Shown: positions 57,692 to 64,000 of the stretch, piece by piece
Layout of the letters: every line of letters starts with the position of its first letter
Position numbering within the stretch: the first letter of the stretch is position 1
Virus record (IMG/VR): IMGVR_UViG_3300030103_003268
Location: 30,477 to 94,476 of that record
Origin: a virus
DNA: 64,000 nucleotides
Direction: 5' to 3' (one strand)
Translations under genes and position numbers: made by a program
The notes under the pieces: generated by a model
Databases searched by the model: none
What the model was told of the DNA's origin: nothing
Seen by the model: only the letters and a program-made list of their open reading frames with translations

Positions 57692-59976
57692 TCTTCCTCA
57701 TCTCCTGTGTCTTTAATGATTCCAAGCCTTTGAAATTGAGTGTTTGCTACGATTACTTTATTGTCTGGGAAATTTTGTGGCTTATTTACAAACTCTTCCA
57801 GACGGGCTTTAAACGCAACAATGATGCTTTCTTTGATATTAGATATAATGCTTGGCATTTTCTTATTTAATTCTCTTGCGGCATCCTTGGCCTCTTGCGA
57901 ATCGGGGTTATCGTCTATGGTCTTAAACGCTTCCCTGACTTCTTCATTTCCAGCCAGTTCATCTACTTGAGCAAAGAAACTAAGGCTTCTTTCGGGAGTA
58001 ATTGATTCTAAAGCGGTGGCTTTGTTTGCCATTTCATCCGCAAGCCCTAAAAGTCCTCCCTGAGAAGACAATTTTTTACCAGTAGATAATAAATATTGTT
58101 CAAAATTGTCCATATTTAATAATTCTTCACGAAGAGCGTCAAGTTGTTGAGTCATATCAATTTGTTCTTTACCTTGTGCTCTTTTTTCTGCTTGTTGAAG
58201 CCGTTGCTCAAGATTCTTAATCTTTTCATCGGCTCGCCGCTTAGATTCTTCTTTTGTTGCTCCTGCTCTTTGTTTTCTAGCAGTAATCAATTTTTCCTTT
58301 AATCCAGCAACCGTTGTTTCTGTTGCTTGTCTTTGATTATCTGAAGTTTCAGCAGTTCTGCCCTTAATGTCTGCCTTGTATGCTTCTTCGGGAGAAATAA
58401 TGTCTCCTTCAACATTAAATACTGCATAATTAGCAAACTGTTTTCCATCTCCTTCAACCGTTAGCATTTGCCCCGACTCATCATATTGTTTATTTCCCTT
58501 TTCATCAAGGTCAGGTGCGATAAACTTTGCTTTTCGCCCATCTTTAAAATACTCCACAGAATATTCATCTTCTTCAGGTTCGGGATTGCCTTCACCTGCT
58601 GGAACTCTTGTTAAACCTGCCGATTTTAAATATTTTTCATAAGCAGTGGCCTCTTTAATTGTAAAATTACCTTCAAGGAATTGTAAAGACTCTCTTTGTT
58701 TCTCTAATGCGGCTTCGCTGATAGAAGTTTCTAATCTATCGCTTTCTTTAATGGTGTTTCTAATTTCAGCAGTAATCTTTTTTCTTGATTTTGTATTAAC
58801 ATCATCAATTCTAAATGGACGGACTCTAATCCCGTCTTTTGTAGTTGTTTCTCCATCAACTAATGCTTGATAAATCCCATCAATGATTTGTTCTGTGGCT
58901 TGTTCTTCTGTAAGGTTCTGTTGGATTCTTAAGGCATCAAAGAAAGGTTTTTCCCATTCATTGGGAAACTCATTTGTCAAAATAATTTGAACAAATGGGT
59001 TCACATTCATTGATTTTGTGCTAGATTTTGCTAAAAATATGACATTTGCGAAGGAAGCACCGTTCTCAAAGTTTTTTGGCTTAAATGCTTCAATACTTCC
59101 AGGAATTTTATTAACTGCTCTAATATATTTTATAACAGACGCGCCAGTAAAGGGTTCAACTATGGCTTTTCTTTCTTGTGAAGCAACAAAAATCTTTTTT
59201 CTGCGAACCATATCATCAACTTCAACAGTTTCGCTACCCGAAACGAACAACATTTTAGTATTTGTCTTACTTCCATCAGGATTTCTCATAATTTTATTGT
59301 AAGTTTTCTTAACTTTGTCTTTTTGCTTAATGGTAGCGTCATCGTCAATGATTTCTTTTGTCTTTTTATTTCTCTTTGGAACCATTAGAGCGACAAGTTC
59401 GCCATTATTCTTTAAATCTGTTAAAATAGAGCCTTCTTTCAGTTCCCCTTCAATTGCTTCGGCAAAATCGGCCAAAAGTTTTTCATTTTGTGGGGGATTT
59501 TCAAACATAATTACAGATTGTCCTGATTTTTCACGCAAAATGTCTAGGGCATCTCTAATATCTCGGTTTCTTTTAAGTGTTCTTGTTGATAAATCAGCAT
59601 TTTGCTCAATATTTTCTAAAATTTCATTGACTTTTTGCTCATCATCGTTTCTTTTGGCTTCCATAGCCTCACGAAGAAGTTTTCTTACATCATCAATTGT
59701 CATAAAACTAGCGGCTTCTTTCAGTTTTTGAACATTTTCTTTCATTTGGTCAAGAGTTTGGTCGCCCATTGGTGGTTTTGAGTAAAGTCTATGAAGTTCT
59801 TCTATATTTAATTGACCTGTTTCTACACTTCTTAACAATTCTTTGAGTTTTTGTGGGGGAGTTTTGAGATTTTGAATGTCCTGAATGGCTTTTTCCATTT
59901 GTTTTGAACTAGCAATAACTAATCCCAGCATCGGTTTATTGACTGGAATCATTTTCAGTTGCTCAAACCAACTCAT
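57688..59976 (-). CDS. Large protein with W-leader; true start probably ATG 59976
   Basis: MSWFEQLK preceded by the repeated RBS element. Confidence 0.7.
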   Translation of the reverse strand: MSWFEQLKMIPVNKPMLGLVIASSKQMEKAIQDIQNLKTPPQKLKELLRSVETGQLNIEELHRLYSKPPMGDQTLDQMKENVQKLKEAASFMTIDDVRKLLREAMEAKRNDDEQKVNEILENIEQNADLSTRTLKRNRDIRDALDILREKSGQSVIMFENPPQNEKLLADFAEAIEGELKEGSILTDLKNNGELVALMVPKRNKKTKEIIDDDATIKQKDKVKKTYNKIMRNPDGSKTNTKMLFVSGSETVEVDDMVRRKKIFVASQERKAIVEPFTGASVIKYIRAVNKIPGSIEAFKPKNFENGASFANVIFLAKSSTKSMNVNPFVQIILTNEFPNEWEKPFFDALRIQQNLTEEQATEQIIDGIYQALVDGETTTKDGIRVRPFRIDDVNTKSRKKITAEIRNTIKESDRLETSISEAALEKQRESLQFLEGNFTIKEATAYEKYLKSAGLTRVPAGEGNPEPEEDEYSVEYFKDGRKAKFIAPDLDEKGNKQYDESGQMLTVEGDGKQFANYAVFNVEGDIISPEEAYKADIKGRTAETSDNQRQATETTVAGLKEKLITARKQRAGATKEESKRRADEKIKNLEQRLQQAEKRAQGKEQIDMTQQLDALREELLNMDNFEQYLLSTGKKLSSQGGLLGLADEMANKATALESITPERSLSFFAQVDELAGNEEVREAFKTIDDNPDSQEAKDAARELNKKMPSIISNIKESIIVAFKARLEEFVNKPQNFPDNKVIVANTQFQRLGIIKDTGDEEE

Positions 59977-59992
59977 TGTAATCTCCCCTGTT

Positions 59993-60304
59993 TCACATAC
60001 CCATCCTACTATAATAAGAGGTATCAAGATGGAAATGTCCACCACCAAAATCGACGATATACCCAAATTGCTTAACTCTATCAATGTCGGAATTAAATTT
60101 CGCTCTCGTATCTAAAAGTTTTTTATAGAGTTCAATAAACTTATCAGAAGAAATGTTGTTTTCCATATCCTTAATCAAATTCATAAATCCTTTGCGGTCT
60201 TGGGGTGCAAGTTTATATGCCATTTTTTCAAAGGACTTTTCTAACTTAGCAACAAGTGTGTTTCTTTTGGCTCTTTCGTTTTTTAAGATAATTTCCCAAC
60301 TCAT
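59993..60304 (-). CDS. WxxILK-leader cassette protein
   Basis: MSWEIILKN. Confidence 0.7.
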   Translation of the reverse strand: MSWEIILKNERAKRNTLVAKLEKSFEKMAYKLAPQDRKGFMNLIKDMENNISSDKFIELYKKLLDTRAKFNSDIDRVKQFGYIVDFGGGHFHLDTSYYSRMGM

Positions 60305-60320
60305 TGTAATTTCTCCTGCA

Positions 60321-60512
60321 TCAATCTAAACTTTGGTCTGTTGCATCAATTGTTATTGTTTTACCAACCAATTTCTTAATTTTTCCATCCAATACTAAGG
60401 CGACCATTTCTCCCGTATCAGCAATTGTTAAACTACCCGAAACACCTTTTTGGGAAGAACCATCGTCGTAATTTAGAACTAATTTATTTTTTAATATATC
60501 TTCCCAACTCAT
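60321..60512 (-). CDS. WxxILK-leader cassette protein
   Basis: MSWEDILKN. Confidence 0.7.
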   Translation of the reverse strand: MSWEDILKNKLVLNYDDGSSQKGVSGSLTIADTGEMVALVLDGKIKKLVGKTITIDATDQSLD

Positions 60513-60529
60513 TGTAATCTCTCCTGCAT

Positions 60530-60952
60530 TTATGGCAATTTTATCTGATTGATGGTTTCCACAATTTTTCTTTGAAGTTCTTCAGTTATTTCATCCACCC
60601 AATCGTATTTATTCCGATACATCCAACCGGAATCCCAATTTCCATTTCTCCTACTAACAGTAAATGTTGGCTTAAGCCCCCACCTTCTATTGGACTCTGC
60701 TGGTAATTTAGTGAATCTAACATATGCCTTAATATGTTCATCTTCTTTTTCTTCTTCTGGATAAAATGTAAGTTTAATGTCAATTAGCATATTGCCTCGT
60801 TTTGTCCTTTTATTAACTTCTAGTTCCCCATAAGGGTTTAAACGGGGCTTATTGGGAGTGTTACGATATTCTTCAATAAGAGAGTTGATTTTATTTTTTA
60901 TTGGTTCAATAAGTAAAGTAAGTTCTTGTTTCAATATATTTTTCCAAGTCAT
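60530..60952 (-). CDS. WxxILK-leader cassette protein
   Basis: MTWKNILKQ. Confidence 0.7.
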   Translation of the reverse strand: MTWKNILKQELTLLIEPIKNKINSLIEEYRNTPNKPRLNPYGELEVNKRTKRGNMLIDIKLTFYPEEEKEDEHIKAYVRFTKLPAESNRRWGLKPTFTVSRRNGNWDSGWMYRNKYDWVDEITEELQRKIVETINQIKLP

Positions 60953-61623
60953 TGTAATCTCTCCTGCATTTTACTTTTTATGTCCAGCCAAATCTCAGGA
61001 TTGTTCTGTGCTAATACTTCTTGAACAATTTGCATCTGTGCGATAACGATAGTATCTTGTCTCTTATGAATCAATTTACCCTTGAACTCCATAAGATACT
61101 TCAAAGATTCTCTAATCTCTCTTGCTAACTTAGTTAGGGCATCAATCATCCTTGGGTCAAGGTCATTACCCAAATCATTGAACACTTGCTCTAAACGCAT
61201 ATCTAACTTCTGCACATTGTTTGAAAGCAAATCAACTTCATTTACTTCCTTTTTTGCTATCATCATGGCCGCAGATTCTTGGACGATTGGTGCCAAGTGG
61301 TGCTTCATGTGGCGTTGCACCTGTGTTTTTGTGGTGCCTAGCGCAGAAGAAACAGCCTCACTTGAGATATTACCTTCTTTTAGTGCTTGTTCGTAGTGTT
61401 TCCTCATTGGGTCTGTGCATAGAACACATTGAGGATTTGACGACATTTTGTATTCGCCCATGTGGTTTCTTTGATGTTGTGCCGCAGTTCCACTTCTCCA
61501 GTTATGAATAGTGTCTAATTCATCGCAAGTCGCCTGTCCTGTTTCAAGGGCAGATTCAAGTTCTTCCCTGTTCGGTGCTTGACAAAGACCACAACGCTTA
61601 CGATTAACTGTCATATCAATCAT
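60949..61623 (-). CDS. Probable terminase small subunit (duplicated CxxC...HxxxH Zn/HTH units)
   Basis: CGLC...HQRNH and CVLC...HMKHH, helical C-terminus; upstream of TerL. Confidence 0.6.
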   Translation of the reverse strand: MIDMTVNRKRCGLCQAPNREELESALETGQATCDELDTIHNWRSGTAAQHQRNHMGEYKMSSNPQCVLCTDPMRKHYEQALKEGNISSEAVSSALGTTKTQVQRHMKHHLAPIVQESAAMMIAKKEVNEVDLLSNNVQKLDMRLEQVFNDLGNDLDPRMIDALTKLAREIRESLKYLMEFKGKLIHKRQDTIVIAQMQIVQEVLAQNNPEIWLDIKSKMQERLQ

Positions 61624-61864
61624 CCTTTAATTGGTCTAAATATTTTTGATATTGAGCAATTTTCTTTTTACAATGTTCTTTAATGTATTTAATGTCTTTT
61701 TGAACTTCTACATCGCTTCTTTGTTCATCATTCATACCCATAATATGCTCAACATAATTGTTAAATTCATTAGGGGTGTCGCCCATTGAACCCCAAAATT
61801 TACTTTTAGAATAAATAGGGTGATAATTTTTTTTACTAAATTTCTTTATTTCATCTTTCCACAT
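61616..61864 (-). CDS. Small protein with W-leader variant
   Basis: MWKDEIKK. Confidence 0.6.
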   Translation of the reverse strand: MWKDEIKKFSKKNYHPIYSKSKFWGSMGDTPNEFNNYVEHIMGMNDEQRSDVEVQKDIKYIKEHCKKKIAQYQKYLDQLKDD

Positions 61865-61865
61865 T

Positions 61866-63029
61866 TTACTCTCTCCATAAAAGTTGTTGCCACATTTTAG
61901 AAATAACCTTTTGATTAGGATTCAATTTAAAATCATCATCTTGATATGTTTTTGGATATTTTTCTCTTGCTGTTTTTCTATAATCAAAACCAGTCTTTCT
62001 ATCATTTTGCCATGCTCGGAAACCATTCGGTGCTTTGTTGGTATTTTTTCGCTTTAGGGCTCTATCAACTAAATTTATGATAGGTAAAGCAGTAAGTGTA
62101 ATTCCAGTAACTGTTCCAGTTAAAGAATCCTTTTTTCCTTCTTCGCCCAAGTTGCTTACCCTTCTTGCTAGTGATTGTTCTTTAGCATTAGGCTTAATTT
62201 GAAAGTTTGTGGCTTTTAATTCAGAACGAACCTTATTTGTGAGTAGCCTTCCTCCAGCATTCCAGTAGGTATTACTACGAACAATTTTATTAAAAAATTC
62301 TTCAACAGACCGAATACCATCAACTTCACCATCAAATTGTGGAGGGATTCTCTCAACCTCAACTTCAATTTCCATATCATCAAGGTCTTCTACTGCTTGC
62401 TTCATAATCCACAAAAGACCTCTAGGATTCGCAAACTTTGTTTTAACTTTTGAGAATAATGCTTGATGGGGAGGATTTCCTCCCTCAAAACCATCAATGT
62501 TAATAACATGGGCTAACCATTCATCGGGAACTTTTGTTACGCCTTTATTTCTTTTAGCATACCATTCTGTCGCATAATGTCCTTGAACTTTACGGGGTCT
62601 TTTCTTTTGACCTGTTTTGGTTTTATCAACCTCAGTAAAAAGAATAAATGCGGGGTCACGCGCTGGCCCTTTTCCACCAGCATCGTCACCTTCACGGTAA
62701 TAACTTTCTAATGTTTTTGCTTGTTCTTTAATAATTTCCTCATGCTCACCATCAAACAAATCATTATCAACAATTGCTTCAATAAATTCAATAAACTCAA
62801 TAGCGCCTTCACCATCACGGCCCTTGTTTCTACTTCCGGCACGAATGTTGTTCATCATGTGGGTTTTAAGAAACATATACAAATTAGGAACATTCTTAAC
62901 CTGCATGGCTGCGCCTGAAATACCTTGACAGGTCTGCCTCCAAGTGTTAAATTCGTTCACAAACTTAAACTCAGTTTGATTAACTTTATTTCCTTTATGG
63001 GGCTGAAAGTTCTTTTTCTTCTTACTCAT
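61866..63029 (-). CDS. Hypothetical protein
   Basis: 387 aa ORF. Confidence 0.7.
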   Translation of the reverse strand: MSKKKKNFQPHKGNKVNQTEFKFVNEFNTWRQTCQGISGAAMQVKNVPNLYMFLKTHMMNNIRAGSRNKGRDGEGAIEFIEFIEAIVDNDLFDGEHEEIIKEQAKTLESYYREGDDAGGKGPARDPAFILFTEVDKTKTGQKKRPRKVQGHYATEWYAKRNKGVTKVPDEWLAHVINIDGFEGGNPPHQALFSKVKTKFANPRGLLWIMKQAVEDLDDMEIEVEVERIPPQFDGEVDGIRSVEEFFNKIVRSNTYWNAGGRLLTNKVRSELKATNFQIKPNAKEQSLARRVSNLGEEGKKDSLTGTVTGITLTALPIINLVDRALKRKNTNKAPNGFRAWQNDRKTGFDYRKTAREKYPKTYQDDDFKLNPNQKVISKMWQQLLWRE

Positions 63030-63867
63030 CCTTCTTCCTCCGCTTCTTTCTACCCCTTACCACCTTATTAAACATAGCGGGGGCTGATGTCGTGCTAACT
63101 GCACCAGTCATTTTAAGTTCACTATCATTGAAAGTAATACTGCTGTTAGGAAATTTATCAGCCGCCTTTAGTTTCTCAAAGAAATTTTTGTGCTCTTTAC
63201 CATATCTCTTAAGCCAAGTATTGATGTTATCAGGCTCTATTACTGCACTAAAGGTTTCTCTTGGTTTCTGTGTTCTGGCTGTCACTTCAAGTTTTGCTAA
63301 TTTATTCTTAATTTTATCCTTAATAACGGCATTAACATTTAACGAATCTGTCAAGACTTCCGCCCATGCCACAAACTTGGTTAAATCATCAATAGATTCT
63401 TTTTCTGCTGTGCCTTTAATATTGAGTATATTTGCTAACATGGGAGGAATAACTCTCGTTCTTACGGCGGGGTGTTCTAAATATGACCTTATTCTATAAA
63501 AAATATTATCAGGGAATTGCCCAGTAAAAGCACCATATTCCTTTGCTGCGTCATCCATTGGTAATTGGTCTAATCCCATGGCCGCATGTGTCGCTTCGTG
63601 CATAATTGCTCTAACAACAAATTCTTGGATTTCTCTCTCAGTTGGTTCTCTTTCTAGTTTTTCCTTAAGATAATCATATATTTTTACATGATTGATTCTT
63701 ATTTCCTCTTCCATCAAATCTTTCAAAGCAGGAGCCTTTCCTGCCAAAATAGAATTAAATATTTCCTTAGAGTCTATTGGCGCGCCCGAAATGCCATAAT
63801 GCCCAAAACCCCGAATATCTTTATCAAAGTCAATATCCTCAACTTTAAGAATACTAAACCAAGACAT
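63022..63867 (-). CDS. Zincin-like metallopeptidase with WxxILK leader
   Basis: MSWFSILK (ATG 63867, GGAGG RBS); AIMHEATH...E motif. Confidence 0.7.
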   Translation of the reverse strand: MSWFSILKVEDIDFDKDIRGFGHYGISGAPIDSKEIFNSILAGKAPALKDLMEEEIRINHVKIYDYLKEKLEREPTEREIQEFVVRAIMHEATHAAMGLDQLPMDDAAKEYGAFTGQFPDNIFYRIRSYLEHPAVRTRVIPPMLANILNIKGTAEKESIDDLTKFVAWAEVLTDSLNVNAVIKDKIKNKLAKLEVTARTQKPRETFSAVIEPDNINTWLKRYGKEHKNFFEKLKAADKFPNSSITFNDSELKMTGAVSTTSAPAMFNKVVRGRKKRRKKDE

Positions 63868-63869
63868 GA

Positions 63870-63998
63870 TTATTCCTCCACTCTCATGGGGCAACTTGGG
63901 CTAAATGGCGGAGCAGGTAAATTTAGCGGGCATTTTTGGTATTTAACGACCATTTGCTGACAGCGACGACAATACCCAGTTTTTTGAACACGGCTTGC
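63870..63998 (-). CDS. Cys-rich small protein, truncated by window edge
   Basis: ...GYCRRCQQ...KCP...SCPMRVEE. Confidence 0.45.
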   Translation of the reverse strand, partial: ASRVQKTGYCRRCQQMVVKYQKCPLNLPAPPFSPSCPMRVEE

Positions 63999-64000
63999 GG

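Larger units (their letters stand above)
59968..60970 (-). repeat. Four copies of a ~23-30 bp direct repeat matching the terS 3' end plus downstream start
   Basis: (t)gcaggagagattacaATGA(g/c)ttgg at 59968-59990, 60293-60321, 60501-60530, 60941-60970. Confidence 0.9.

Noticed and set aside
59977-60084. Hydrophobic N-terminal extension (signal/TM) on the 798-aa ORF
   Set aside because: It overlaps the upstream gene; the RBS repeat and W-leader place the real start at 59976.
59968-60970. Direct repeats as a CRISPR array
   Set aside because: Spacing is 200-440 bp and the intervals are full ORFs; the repeat is an RBS/start-codon element.
14834-63960. Numerous + strand ORFs in the late arm (and - strand ORFs in the early arm)
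   Set aside because: They are antisense shadows of long, motif-bearing genes, with Ser/Leu/Phe-rich composition and no RBS.

Overview
The window is a 64-kb segment of a tailed dsDNA archaeal virus (Caudoviricetes, siphovirus-type tail). Its gene content and archaeal GGTGA/GAGG ribosome-binding sites best fit the marine 'Magrovirus' type that infects Marine Group II/Poseidoniales; this assignment is inferred from gene content, not from a search. Two arms converge at a hairpin/T-run terminator near 14.2 kb. The + strand arm (1-14.2 kb) is an archaeal-type replisome: RFC-L-like fragment, RFC-S, SSB/RPA-like protein, ATPase, PCNA-like clamp, a PolB split into two genes with an HNH gene and three small ORFs between them, Cas4-like nuclease, fused primase, XPF/ERCC4 nuclease, MCM-like helicase and DEDD exonuclease. 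The - strand arm (14.3-64 kb) is the morphogenesis arm: TerS, TerL, portal, a multidomain ATP-dependent ligase, prohead protease/scaffold, major capsid protein, adaptors, tail tube, a frameshifting tail chaperone, tape measure, tail tip and fibre. The most striking unexplained signal is that about 17 otherwise unrelated proteins in this arm start with the same leader, M-x(0-2)-W-x-x-[ILV]-[LI]-K. Similar Lys-ending motifs mark domain boundaries in the protease, capsid protein, ligase and other large proteins. This suggests a capsid-targeting/maturation-cleavage system that loads interchangeable cargo (phosphatase, metalloprotease, basic DNA-binding peptides, ligase) into the virion. Several cargo genes sit in a cassette array delimited by direct repeats of the last ~21 bp of terS. 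A five-gene block containing an Arf/Ras-like small GTPase and membrane proteins lies between the head and tail genes.
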